DNA from: Eledone cirrhosa
Taxonomy: Eukaryota
Length of the DNA: 64,000 nt
Reading direction: 5' to 3'
NCBI GenBank assembly: GCA_964016885.1
Contig: OZ024742.1
Coordinates: 133,672,001 to 133,736,000, forward strand
Shown: one piece after another, positions 44,804-57,936 of the stretch
How positions within the stretch are numbered: the first letter of the stretch is position 1
How the letters are laid out: every line of letters starts with the position of its first letter
Position numbers and translations under genes: made by a program
The notes under the pieces: generated by a model
Seen by the model: only the letters and a program-made list of their open reading frames with translations
The model's database searches: none
What the model was told of the DNA's origin: nothing

Positions 44804-45214
44804 ATACTTTGGGAGGGTCATGTTGCCAATAAGAAACACACGCACCAGTTGCTTTCACTTCAATTTATTATATATTTATAAATTTATAAATTTCTGGTTG
44901 GTTGGTTCCACAACCAGATATGTACATATATATATTTTAAACATTCTTTGTAACGTATTCAACATTTTTACAAGTTTGCTTTAATCTAATTTAGAGGTTA
45001 TATATGTATAAATATAAAAATATACTAAATATAGAACTGAATTGCCAAGAGAAATATCCCAGCAAATCCATTTAAAATGAGGATTATTACCCTTAGAGTA
45101 GAATATTCATTAAGCGATATAAACCTAGAGAGCTAAACAAATCTGCCCCTTATTTTACGTACGTAATGTGCAGAAACCAAATAATATACATCATTCTTAA
45201 TGTAATAATTAGAA

Positions 45215-45274
45215 CCTCTCTGAAGATCGACTAGTTCAGGCAATTCTCTTTTTTGGTCGCGAAACTGGAATGAG
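45215..45274 (+). ncRNA. Hammerhead, partly decayed (first of a tandem pair)
   Basis: cctct-CTGAAGA-t-cgacta...tggtcg-c-GAAA-ctgg-aa-tgag; cleavage triplet mutated. Confidence 0.55.
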
Positions 45275-45679
45275 CGTTACATTTGTTGAGCCTTGCTGCT
45301 TTAACTGGCTTAATATATAATCTACGTCTATGATGCGATATTTGTAAAATTTTTATTTTTATTTTAAAGTGCTGTGCTGAGATCTTTCCTTTCATTATCC
45401 TGTGCTATACTTATGAAATTTCAATATTTATATTTACTCTGAATTAGATTAAAACAATCTCATCAAGATGTAAAGGATATTACTGACAAATATTTAAATG
45501 TATATGGTATTTCTTATAAACATGTATATGGTATTTCTTATAAACATTTAAGCCTCATCTCTAAGCTGTAAGGTAAAAGGCTTTACCATTTTGTGAGGCC
45601 TACGCATGGTGGATCATTGGAGGTACGTAATATTCAGCAGCAGGTAATTACACATTTCTCTTATAATAATAATCAGAAA

Positions 45680-45772
45680 CCTTTCTGAAGATCGACAAGT
45701 TCTGACAAAACTATCTTAATTAATTTGAAATAGTCAGTACTGTTCTTTTGTTTGCGAAACCGCAGTAAGAGG
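45680..45772 (+). ncRNA. Type I hammerhead with extended stem II (second of the tandem pair)
   Basis: ccttt-CTGAAGA-t-cgacaag..ctgac..ctat...atag.tcag..tttgtttg-c-GAAA-c(cgca)g-TA-agagg; 5-bp stem I, GUA site. Confidence 0.75.
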
Positions 45773-46668
45773 AAGCTTTTTTGAGATTCTAGCCTTAGGC
45801 CACTTAAAAAATAATTTCTTCATCGGTGAGATGGTTGTCGAATTTCTTTTTTTTTTTTAGAGTCTGTTGCTGAGTTGTTCCCTGTCGTTATTCTGTGCTT
45901 TATATAAGGTCCCTCTCTTTCTCCCCTTCTCTCTCTCTCTCTCTGTCTATCTCTATATATATGTATACACACACACACGCTCATATATATATATAATTAA
46001 CACATATCATCCCTCGCTCCCAAATCGACTGTATTATATACCCCCCCCCCGTCTGCCTACCATATAACACACCGTAACCTCTGATCATGTAATCATCTTG
46101 CCGAACATATCACCCAAGCACCACCATCATCACCATGTCCACAACACACATCGCCGTACGTCCATAAACGCTTTTCTCCCGCGTTCCCTATGTCACCTTT
46201 TAACCGGTATTCGATCCGGTATATATATTTTTGTCCCTCACAACTCCACCACTACCACCACAAAACACAACTCCATACTTCATCAACACGGACAACACAT
46301 ACCTCCACTCCCCAACCAACAATAGTGTGTGTGTCTGTGTGTAAGTATTTTACTCATACGGGCGTTTTAAGTGTGCGTGGGTGTACGCAAATTTATCTCT
46401 ATGTGTGTGTATGTGAACACATGTGTATGCATATGTCTATGTGTGTGTATATATATATATATATGTATATATATATCTGTATATATATATGTATGTGTAT
46501 GCGTATGCATATGTGTATGTGTGTGTATATATGTATGTGTATGTATGTGTGTGTATGTGTACGTCTGCATATATGTATATGGGTAAATCGGACTGTATGT
46601 GTAGGTGAGCTCATATATGAGCATGTATGTGTATATGTGCGTGTATGTGTGTGTTGTCGGTACATGTG

Positions 46669-46703
<35 letters not shown>

Positions 46704-47566
46704 GTGTGAGTATACGTGTGTGCGAGTGTGTATGTGTATATCTTGCATACATGAGTGTGAGTCCATGTGCCCATACCCATGTGTATGTATGTGTATGTAT
46801 ATATGTAAAACACCTTCTACATCGCCTCTCACCTTCCTCCCATCTCTGTCGTTTGCCACCCCCACCGATACTCCCCCACTCTCCATAGTCGTGTCCGCAT
46901 GCGCGCATGCACATACATGTGTGTACATATACATATGGCTGTGTGAGCGTATGCCGATATGTGTGGGCAAGGATGTGCGTATGTGTTTTATGTTGTGTGT
47001 GTTTATACAACAATATATGTGCACATATATACATATATGTGTGTACGTATACATATATACAAGGTATCTGTCAGACGAAGAGCGTATAACTATGTATCTA
47101 TGTAAGGACCTGACGCCACCAATACATCCACCACACCACCACAAACTCCGCTACCATAGACAAAGGCACCACTACCACACCCCCACTACACGCCAACCCG
47201 TCTACTGACAATCTACTAACCTCATACCACAGCCCATCCCACTAAATAACCTTAACCACCACCATATCATCACATCCACCCCCACATACTCTACACGCCA
47301 AGGCCAACCCACCACCACCACACCCCAGCCCACCTCATCCACAGACCGTCACCACATCTCATCTCACCATCACCATCACCCCCATATACACTACAGGCCA
47401 GTACATCGCCTTGATCCTTCTCACCAATCAAAACATCTCATTTTATCAAACTATTGAAACTCTGACTTTAACACATAGCATGTATTTCATTTTCTTATAG
47501 CATTTTAAGAGGGTCCGTCGAGCTGCCGATTATTGAGTCGGGTAGGATCGATATAGATCGAACCTT

Positions 47567-47600
47567 GAGCTGATGAGTGGCGAAACGCGCGTCACCTATC
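47567..47600 (+). ncRNA. Minimal hammerhead-like motif at the end of a probable PLE 3' region
   Basis: CTGATGA-gtggc-GAAA-cgcgcg-TC followed by AATAAA; palindromic stem III, but stem I does not pair adjacent to the core. Confidence 0.5.
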
Positions 47601-47750
47601 AATAAATGCAATGAAGGAATAATCAATCGTCCTTTTTATCCTTTCTATATATATATAATTATATATATATATATATGTATGTATGTCTGTATGTCTGTAT
47701 GTCTGTATGTATGTATGTATGTATGTATGTATGTATATATATATATATAT

Positions 47751-48555
47751 GTATGATACATTTTATTACTAATTATATCTAAATGTTTCTTCTCTCTTCA
47801 TAATGTATTTTTAACTCTGATACTGGTTCAGTCTAGTTCAAACTGAATTGGTCTGTCCCAGTCATTCATTGAGCAACATCGGTGAAGTTGGCACCCTTAA
47901 CTCACAGTTGGGTGCGGATGCATTCATGTATATATGTGTGTGTCCGCATGTATCTGTGTGTTTCTAAATATATTAATAACTCCCTCTGGTCGAGCAATCT
48001 TTGAAGTGTGGGGACAACTGGAAAGCTTCCATTACTCATACTTCTCGCCTTCTTCACTACCTCTTCTGCGGCCTCGATATGAATACCCCCTCCGCCTCCG
48101 TGGTATTTTCTTCGTGGTTATAAGAGGCTTAGCTCTGTTTCTCGACCGTTATATCGCGTGACTATCTCCCCCTCCGCCTTTTGGGATTCTTTCTCACGTC
48201 GTGTAGACGCGTTCTTGAGACTAGTAAAATGAGGTATCCTCTTGATAAGTCGGCAGACCTCGCAAGGACTCTATATCTTTGATATATTGTTTTTGTTTAT
48301 GCCACGAAACTACGTAGTCGAGGAATTTAGGAACAGTTTAGGTATGATACATTTTATTACTAATTATATCTAAATGTTTCTTCTCTCTTCATAATGTATT
48401 TTTAACTCTGATACTGGTTCAGTCTAGTTCAAACTGAATTGGTCTGTCCCAGTCATTCATTGAGCAACATCGGTGAAGTTGGCACCCTTAACTCACAGTT
48501 GGGTGCGGATGCATTCATGTATATATGTGTGTGTCCGCATGTATCTGTGTGTTTC

Positions 48556-48564
<9 letters not shown>
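47751..48564 (+). mobile_element. Non-coding, terminally redundant HHR element (591-bp period; retrozyme or solo-pLTR-like)
   Basis: 47751-47973 is repeated apparently identically at 48342-48564; flanked by (TA)n both sides; HHR at 48237-48324. Confidence 0.8.
48237..48324 (+). ncRNA. Type I hammerhead, U3:A8 core variant, extended stem II
   Basis: tcctc-TTGATAA-gt(c)ggca...tgccac-GAAA-ctacgtag-TC-gagga: perfect 5-bp stem I, palindromic stem III ACTACGTAGT, GUC site after 48319. Confidence 0.85.
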
Positions 48565-48600
<36 letters not shown>

Positions 48601-48736
48601 GTTATTCCGGGTTGAATCGGAGGTAACCACAGTAAGTAAGGTACTCAATACATTGCAGAGTATAAAAGTTTTAATATATATGAGATTCTACAGGACTAGA
48701 ACTGTTTCATTCTTTAGAAATCATCATGAATCTCAG

Positions 48737-48796
<60 letters not shown>

Positions 48797-48797
<1 letters not shown>

Positions 48798-49447
48798 ATG
48801 GACACGGCTTCGGTAGTTTACTTGCTCACTCAATAATCTAATTAAGTTCGTATTATTAAAATTCGAACCTATCCATAGACATACCTACATACACAAACAC
48901 ATTTTGAGTGGCCCCTGTTTAAAGAAGGCTCCCATAATTATCTGTAGACATCAAATACCCGAATAAACGATCGTCCACGACGTTCGCGAGACAAGTATGG
49001 TCCCTCAAGGACACAGGCGTGGAAAACTCCATCCAAAGGAATGATATTACTAAGTCAAAGCCATACGGAAATGGGAATCGTTCTTGTCAGCTGTAAGACA
49101 TAATCAATATCCCGAGAGGAATACGTAATAGCGCTTGTGTAAATTCAAGGAATGAAATTTTTTGGGGGTTTCCATACGTCTGGAAACACCTATTACGTAA
49201 TTACAAAGCTGCAGATTGACTAGCATGAACAATCTATAATATTCTGGACTGAATAACATGACAGTTGTCTCCCTGATCGATCTATCGTGGATTTATTTCC
49301 CCTTTAAGAAGTGACTGTTTCTGCCCATGCGTCTACGTACGATTGTTTTTCATTTTCCCTACAACCTCATTTAAACCGAGCTGATGATGGGAATAAGGGG
49401 AAACAATTGTTATCAGTAACAGTGAACTAACTGTTGTGGAACTACTT

Positions 49448-49450
<3 letters not shown>
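48797..49450 (+). mobile_element. Short Naiad-like PLE 3' fragment (GIY-YIG C-terminus + decayed HHR at 49377-49415)
   Basis: Translates NKRSSTTFARQVWSLKDTGVENSIQ..SKPYGNGNRSCQL..NSRNEIF; cgag-CTGATGA...GAAA-caattg-TT. Confidence 0.7.
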
Positions 49451-49506
<56 letters not shown>

Positions 49507-49510
<4 letters not shown>

Positions 49511-51080
49511 AAAAAATAGGAAGAAACTTTATGAATTTTTAATAAGTTTAAACCTTTCGATCACGATTGATAGAAATGATAGAGCGGTCAACTTTTTAGA
49601 TGTGACTTTGGACTTGGTCACTAATAGTTATAAACCCTTCCATAAGCCAAATGAAATACTCTCTTATGTTAATCCCAATTCTAACCACCCCAAATCTATG
49701 ATTAGCTCTATAATTAACGGTGTATCTGATAGAATTTCCACACTCTCTAGGGATATAGGAATATTTAATTCACATGCAGAGTACTATAATAATGCCCTAG
49801 CTAACTCTGGTTACTCTGGTAAAATACGTTATAATGACAACAACCTTAGAAAGTCTCCGTTTACCCATAATAATAATAACGTAATTTCCCATAATATGGC
49901 CATGAATGGGAGTAAAAAGCATAAGAATCGTAGAAATCCCATAGGGGTTACCGAACCCATCCATAGGTTAAGCTACCGTAATCGTAATAGTGAGTCTAAT
50001 GGTACACTTTTCGGGATTAGTTCTAGGGAACAAGTTAGGCACTCTGATCGCTCACCCAGTGGTAATGTTTTTACTAATTCTAATAGTGTTGTTTCAACTG
50101 ATCCTGGTAGTAACCCTAATCCTATTGATATGATTCCAGATAACAGTAGATATACTAAAGGTAGAAACAGGAGACTCAATAGGGTTTTGGCTGCTTCTAG
50201 TAATGTTGTTTCAACTAGTCCTCGTAGTAGCCCTGATCCTATTAGTGGGATACTGGATAACGGTAGAGTTCGTAAGGATAGAAATAGGAGGAGACTCAAT
50301 ACTTATTTTAACCCGCCTTATGATCATGAAGTATTAACTAACTTCCCTAGGTTTTTCTTTTCTATCTTAGAGAAAAATTTCCCTCCTACTAATAAATACC
50401 ATGGTATTTTTAATAAAAATGTAATTAAACTATCATTCTCTACCACCCCTAATATTAGTTCTCATTTAACTAGCACTAACAATAAGAAAATTAGGGACAG
50501 CTACTCCTCTTTGTGTACTACTAGTCTTGATAGATCCATTAATGCCTTACCACCTGAGCAGACCCTATCTTATAATAACCCTAGAAGTGATGCATCACTT
50601 ATTCAGCCGGTAAATAGCACCAGAAAGTGTAACTGTAGAGTAAGTATTAACTGCCCTTTAAATGGTCACTGCCTCTCTAGGAACATTGTTTATGCTTGTG
50701 AAGTTAAGACTGATTCTTCTAATAGCACGTATATAGGCTCCACATCAAATACTTTTAAAACTAGGTTTAATTCTCATATCTCTAATTTTAAGCATGTTAA
50801 GTTTAAGAACTCTACTTCTTTAGCACGCCATATCTGGGATCTTAAAGGGGCAGGCATGCCATATAACCTTAATTGGCGTATAGTAGCACGCTCTAATAAC
50901 CTATCAACACACACTAAATTCTGTAATCTCTGTATCCTAGAGACCCACTCTATAATTTTCTCTAGGGAAGTTTTGCTTAATATAAAGTCTGAGATATTTT
51001 CTTCCTCCCCCCATGCCATTTCTAATTCTTTCTTCTATTATAGACCTAAAAGTTCTGGTAGTTTAAATCGTATCCATTAG
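49507..51080 (+). CDS. Truncated but uninterrupted PLE ORF: RT motif E/thumb, low-complexity insert, Cys cluster, GIY-YIG endonuclease
   Basis: VNFLDVTLD, YKPFHKPN..YVNPNSNHP, RISTLS, YYNNALANSGY, YFNPPY, IFNKNVIKLSFSTTPN, KCNCRVSINCPLNGHCLSRNIVY..YIGSTSNTFKTRFNSH, STSLARHIWDLK, CNLCILE. The track's start at 49434 runs through a microsatellite and is not real. Confidence 0.9.
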
Positions 51081-52167
51081 CTGCTATGTTTCCTTATCTT
51101 TTTTGTTTAGGTTCATTTTGATTACCATCATCTTTATTATTATTACTTTTTTTACAACTTTTCGATTTTAGTTTCCATAGTCTTTTGGCTACCATACCCT
51201 ATCTATCGTCTTAAGCATTATTATAGTTTCACTACTAACACCTTATGGGTTTATATCTTATTAAATACTTTGGTTGGAGTCTCATTCAACTAATGTACCT
51301 CCTCCTCTACACACTTAATATCTGCCCCTTCTATTATACTATATATAAATTTCACCTTTATGCTCCTTTATGATATTTTATAATATATGAATTTACTTTT
51401 ATACTCCTTCCTATCCTCCATAACCTCTCTTCTTTCTGTTCCCATTGGTCTACCATAGTTCTATTTAGAGTCCTTTTATTTGATAACGTTATTCGACTGA
51501 ACGGAGCATATTTTACTCTATTCTTGATAATTTTATTGAAATATCTTAAACTTATACGTTTTGATGACTTAAAATATAGCCAATTTTGAAGTGACTAAAT
51601 ATGTATTTTAAATACTTTTAATATTAATTAATTTGAAAAGATTTTCTAGTCAATTCGCCGCTTACATTTCTATCTCTTCTTTTACTTAACCGCTTGTGAC
51701 ACCTAAGTAAATATACTTGCTTTTGTTTTTCGATCTTCGGTTTATTTAATTTATTTGTTTACTACCACACGCTGTTCATTAATATATGTCTGTGTATCTC
51801 AAACACGTAAATATTTATTAAGCATTTCCATAGACTCTGTTTGATATTTGATATTTTATATTAATGTTGTTATATCATATCATTTTTATGTAATCGCATT
51901 ATAGATTTTAATATATGTTATTTGAAGTATTATATTATATTTTGTAATATCTTGTGATATTTTGATAATATTTATGCCAATATAAAACGACTTGCCCTCC
52001 GTGTATGTGTTGCAATGGTATGGATATTTTTTTCAACACAATTTTTTCAACACTATTTAGTTCTATATGATTTTTTCCTTACCCTGTGTAAAACTTTATA
52101 CTATTTGTTAACCTTGAATTATATATATGATGTAATTCTGTATATCTTTTTATGCCAATATATTATA

Positions 52168-52268
52168 ATATTTGTTTCTACTTTAGGCACAAGGCCAGCA
52201 ATAACCCAGTTCATTACTGGTACTTTATTTTATCGACCCCGTAAGGATGAAAGGCAAAGTCAACCTCG
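52168..52268 (-). mobile_element. 5'-truncated Deu/Nin SINE in the Naiad 3' UTR
   Basis: gtttctactttaggcacaaggccagc...ttttatcgaccccgtaaggatgaaaggcaaagtcaacctcg. Confidence 0.88.
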
Positions 52269-52810
52269 ATTGTTATTATAATTTTATTATAATGTTTTTA
52301 TATTGTTTATACACACTAACAGGGAATTATATATTATATTTTATTTTTATTTTTATCTTTATTATTATTTTTATCTTTATTATTATATTATACTGTAAAC
52401 AATATATATATATATATATATATTTACATACTTAATAAGTGTTAGTTAGTGTTTGTACTAATGTATATATGTATAGATATATATATATATATATGCATAT
52501 ATTAAGCTTTTTATTATCACCATCTATTATATTATATTATATATTATATTATATTCTATATCGTACTGTGATTCTCGCATTATATTACCATTTGCGTTTC
52601 AAGTTTTTGCATTATATACTATTTACAATGTGGGTTCAACATGTTAATCACTTCCATGCTATTTGGTCTATATCTATGTTTGTAACTGCTCGCTCTTAAT
52701 CTTAGCCTAGTTTTCCTTGATATCCTTCCTAGGCTTTAATAGATGTATACTCCATATTCTTCTGAGTTTTGGGCTTGTATTGGCCGACAGTGCTTCTTGT
52801 AGCTTTACTT

Positions 52811-52848
52811 GCCCTGATGAGTCCTTAATAGGACGAAATATTGTTGGC
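52811..52848 (+). ncRNA. Minimal type I hammerhead in the Naiad 3' end
   Basis: gcc-CTGATGA-gtcc(ttaata)ggac-GAAA-tattg-TT-ggc, then AATAAA. Confidence 0.82.
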
Positions 52849-52997
52849 TAATAAAGACTTTTGATGTATTGAAGGCTTCTTTGGTTTATTTTTTATAATT
52901 CTTCGACTCTGTTTAATTACATTGAGCTATATCTTATACTGTCATTTCTATAATATGAAGAGGGTGTTTAACTCCAACACACTCTAGTATTTTAATT

Positions 52998-53039
<42 letters not shown>

Positions 53040-53442
53040 TATATATACAAATATGAAAAAATCGCGACCCCGACGGCTGTGAGCCTGCCTTTTCAAAAGT
53101 TCGGATCTAGCTGTTGAAACGGAAGGAGCTCAGCTGTCGTGGTACCGAGTTTTTTTATATTACCTACTCTTCTACCCCAAATATCGAGTAATCTGTTGAG
53201 TAATGGTCTAACTGGATTTAACCGCCTCCATTCTGATATATATAACCTCTTCAGACAATTTTTTCCTGCGATTCCTCAAGAACACATTTCATTGGTTCAT
53301 TCCATTGGTTCTTATCTTTCGCTTCACCTCTCTCTCTCTATCTCACTGTATATATGTTTATATATATATATATATATATAGTAGAATAATCGAGTATCGA
53401 GAAATCGGCACACGAGTTCACGATAAACAAATTCGACATAAG

Positions 53443-53474
<32 letters not shown>

Positions 53475-53542
53475 CGAGAAGAGGGGGTGAAAAAGAGAGG
53501 GATCTAATATAAAGCATATGAACCAAATGTATATATACATAT

Positions 53543-53699
<157 letters not shown>

Positions 53700-53707
53700 A
53701 AGAGAGA

Positions 53708-54047
53708 AAGAATGGGCAATGCTTCGGTAGTTTCCTCACTCACTGAATAACCTAATTAAGTTTATATTATTAAAATTCCAACCTAGCCATATATACATAC
53801 ATACACACACGCATATGGCTGGGGCCCGGTTTAAAAAACGCTTCCCGAATCATTTGACGACATTAAGATACCGTGACAAACGATCGCCCACAAAGCTCGC
53901 GAGCCACGTATGGTCCCTCCCTCAAGGACACATTTGCTTTTCCTTTTCCGTACAATGTTATTTAAACCGCGCTGATGATCCGACTATGGTGAAATAATTA
54001 TTCTCGAAAATGGTGAATTAACTGTTGTGGAACTGCTGCGAACTACT

Positions 54048-54050
<3 letters not shown>
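53708..54050 (+). mobile_element. Second, internally deleted copy of the 48797 Naiad-like fragment, with HHR at 53968-54006
   Basis: MAGARFKKRFPNHLTTLRYRDKRSPTKLASHVWSL; cgcg-CTGATGA-t-cc(gactat)gg-t-GAAA-taatta-TT-ctcg; same 5' and 3' blocks as 48797-49450. Confidence 0.72.
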
Positions 54051-54131
<81 letters not shown>

Positions 54132-54136
<5 letters not shown>

Positions 54137-54527
54137 TACATGAATCAAAGTTCAGTTTAAATCATTTAAATCATTTATTTGCTTACAATTGTTTCCTCCA
54201 AACCGAGGTTTGGATTCTTCGGAGCAGCTATTTAGTGATTTTTACATACTTGACCACCTTTTCAACACAAGAGACATATACAAACATATATATATATAGA
54301 TCCACAGTGGGTGTACATCCATCATAATAATATAATAATATGGCAATTTACATACATTCATATGTGGGTCAATATATACATATGTTTTTATATGTCTCTT
54401 GTGTTGAAAAGGATGTCAAGTATGTAAAAACCACTAAATAGTTGCTCCGAAGAATCCAAACCTCGGTTTGGAGGAAACAATTGTAAGCAAATAAATGATT
54501 TAAACTGAACTTTGATTCATGTAATTT
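54132..54527. repeat. Fold-back element with about 170-bp arms (54132-54306 / 54363-54527), each carrying a hammerhead
   Basis: aaattacatgaatcaaagttcagtttaaatc... / ...gatttaaactgaactttgattcatgtaattt; few mismatches. Confidence 0.92.
54442..54490 (+). ncRNA. Type I hammerhead, U4C core variant (mirror copy at 54179-54226 on -)
   Basis: ttgct-CCGAAGA-a-tccaaac(ctcg)gtttgga-g-GAAA-caattg-TA-agcaa, then AATAAA. Confidence 0.78.
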
Positions 54528-54716
54528 CTATATAACTGCTCTGTAAAACAACTGATGTTATTACATTGAGCTATTTATCTTACTGGTAATAAGATAGTAT
54601 TCAATTACTGTCTTTCACTATTTAGGGTTTAAAATATCTATATCTATATAAGGTTTTATTATATACATAACCATAAATAGTATCCGTAATACTATATATA
54701 TATATATATATTCATT

Positions 54717-54766
<50 letters not shown>

Positions 54767-54918
54767 AATTAGTATATCTACCAACATATGTATACAGATG
54801 CATACCTATGCTAGCAAATATATATGTTTTGTCTTAGTAACTTTGTGGTTCTATGCAAGGGGATGCAGAACAATTATATGAAAGACGTAAAATAAGAAAA
54901 TTATATACATATTATATA

Positions 54919-55564
54919 CTAGCATTAAAGCCCGGCGTTGCTCGGGGTCAGTAAGTTACCAAAGTTAGGTTGCACCACCCATTTTATGGCAACACTTTTT
55001 TGTCTGCCAGGCACTGGGTGAATGAATTGCAGACCTGGACTGCCGAAGCAGGAGCTGCGCCAGCAGTTACAATTGTAGTTTCGCCTATGGATATTATCTC
55101 TGTGCAAAGAAGTGTTGAAATTTATTGTTTCACAGTACTTGCGCAACATGTGCGTAGACGATGCCAGCCGAACAATAGAACTGCGATGGAGTTGTTCTGC
55201 ATGGTTGTCTAATGTGTGTTTTCTAAATTTAAAACAGTAGGGAGGGGTGAGATATGGGGGAGAGTTAACTGCTGTTTCTAGCAGGTTTAGTGAACCCATA
55301 GAGTATATTATTGTGTATAGTAAATACATTGATACTTCTTTCTTCTACGTTCGTTGAGCGATGTTTTAAAAAAGATTTAATAAATTGAAACTTCTTTCTT
55401 CCACGTTCGTTGAGAGATGTTTTAAAAAATATGTATCGCTGTTTTTTTATTGTTGAATAAATTTATCTGTTGCTTTTGAATAATTGTTGTTTAGTATGAA
55501 ATGTAATAATCGTTGTTGTCATTGAAGTAAATAAATGTTTGACCGTTCCACACTAAAAAACAAA

Positions 55565-55629
<65 letters not shown>

Positions 55630-55943
55630 GCATTCCTAAAGGAAGTTTGTAATTTTAAGCGTATATAAGAGAAAGTTGCAGCATGTATGTAGTTTTATCG
55701 AATTTTAAGGGGAGTAGAGAGAGGTAAGCAGATTATATTAGAAGGGTAAAGCGTCATCTATTTAGTTTTATCGATTATTTCCGTAATTGTGGGTGAGTTT
55801 GAAATAAATAAATAGTCGTTGACCTAAGTTAGACCATTTACAACATTCTTACAGACATTCAGTCGAATCGGTTTGAAATTGTGCAAATGTATAAAATTGA
55901 AACATACATACAGACACAAACATCTACCTTTTATAGATAATGA
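54919..55943 (-). mobile_element. Non-autonomous Helitron with both termini (A|TC...CTAG|T)
   Basis: 5' TCattatctataaaaggtagatgtttgtgtctgtatg at 55943; 3' cccgagcaacgccggg hairpin + CTAG at 54919-54922; internal (CT)n. Confidence 0.75.
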
Positions 55944-56012
55944 TATATATATATGTGTGTGTGAGTGTGTGTGTGTGTATATATTTATATATACATATAT
56001 ATATATTTATAA

Positions 56013-56079
<67 letters not shown>

Positions 56080-56114
56080 TACATACACAAACACACACAT
56101 ATATATATATGTAT

Positions 56115-56294
<180 letters not shown>

Positions 56295-56552
56295 GTGGGT
56301 GTGTCTGAGATACATATATATATATATAAAATATTAAAAAAATAATGAATAAAACAATGAAAGAGTTCCTTATGTTAAACAAAAAATGTTCATTATTTAA
56401 CGATCGTTTCTAGGACATATATGTGTTAGAATTGGCATGCATATTCAAAAGATCTATGTACAAAATTATACAAAATTATACAAACTATCAAATAGAATAT
56501 ACATACCAACACATACATATGCCGTCTTCAGAAATAATGAAGTATATTTATT

Positions 56553-56608
56553 TGCCCCAGCATGGCCTCAGCCGGATGGCTGAAACAGGTAAAAGAGTAA
56601 AAGAGTAT
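56553..56608 (+). mobile_element. SINE/LINE 3' tail fragment (stem-loop + short tandem tail)
   Basis: tgccccagcatggcc-tcagcc(ggat)ggctga-aacagg-(taaaagag)x2. Confidence 0.55.
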
Positions 56609-56999
56609 ATATATATATGAAGTATATATATATATATAATGAGATATATATATATATAGAGAGAGAGAGATAGATAGATATATAGAGATAGAGAGAGGGA
56701 GAGAGGGTGTGTATGTGTGTGTGTGTGGGTGTGTGTGTATGTGTGTGCAGGTTGATATATTGTTTTACTTAATTAGACAATAGAAAATGTCAGCTTAAAA
56801 CAAATAAACGTTCTCTTTTATATTTACGATGTTTATGGCTGATCGAAATTGCATTGATAAATATGAACCATCCGGGAAATATGTATAAATGGATAATAAA
56901 CAGATGGATGAAAATAAATAATTGAACCAAACAAAAAGATGCATTTTATTAAATAAAATAAAAAATATAACATCAGATCAAAACAATCCATGAAGGACA

Positions 57000-57185
57000 T
57001 TGGTGATAATTATGATGGTGATGATGATGATAATAATGATGATGCTGCTGATGCTGATGCTGATGCTGATGATAAGGAAGATGATGATGATGATGGTGTT
57101 GCTTCTGCTGTTGCTGATGATGATGATGACGACAATGATGAAGATGAGCATGATGGTGATGCTAATGATAATAATAATAATAATA
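57000..57185. repeat. Degenerate (GAT)n/(GCT)n/(AAT)n trinucleotide tract
   Basis: Direct observation. Confidence 0.9.
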
Positions 57186-57610
57186 GTATTGATTCGTATA
57201 ATTCAAAATGATTTTTAAAAGTAATTACTTTACACTATGCCAAACATTTCATTAGTTTAAAAAAAAATTTAATTACAATAATGAGGAAAAGTAACAAAAT
57301 ACGTCCATGAAATATAATACTAAAATAAAAAATAATAATCGATATCTGAATTATTTATAACCTATTGTTTTTTTTTTTGTTTTTGATTTTCACAAGACTC
57401 TAATATGTTTCTTTCAAAAAGTTTGTCACCATCACTTTATTGTTCTCGTTGCTTAAGTGTACTAAGAAGAGGGGACACCTATACATGTCATATTTTATTT
57501 CTCATATAGCACTAGTCTCCAAAATTATAATGCACTTATCGTACTCAATGAAGCATTACATTTTTTTAATTTTATGTGTTGGTTGCTTGATTCTTTCCGT
57601 TTACGTTCTG

Positions 57611-57641
<31 letters not shown>

Positions 57642-57684
57642 GAAAAAAAGAAGAAATTTCGTTTACATATATGAGAGAAAATGA

Positions 57685-57859
57685 TTGGGTATCGACCTAT
57701 TATATAAACTCGGCCTATATGTACCCTTGCATTCGGTACTCCCATGATAAATAGTCTTCCCGCTCTCAACAACGCACCCACGCTCTCTCTCTCTCTCTCA
57801 CTCTCTCTCTCTATATATATATACGGAAAGAGAAAGAGAGGGGGAGAGAGAAAGAGAGG

Positions 57860-57936
<77 letters not shown>

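Larger units (their letters stand above)
49507..53000 (+). mobile_element. 5'-truncated Naiad-like Penelope retroelement with long AT-rich 3' UTR
   Basis: Open RT-thumb/GIY-YIG frame, then about 1.7 kb UTR, HHR at 52811, AATAAA at 52850; flanked by (TA)n at both ends. Confidence 0.85.

Noticed and set aside
49507-52800. Selenoprotein/SECIS system as reported for some Naiad PLEs
   Set aside because: No in-frame TGA in the retained ORF and no SECIS-like hairpin recognised in the 3' UTR.
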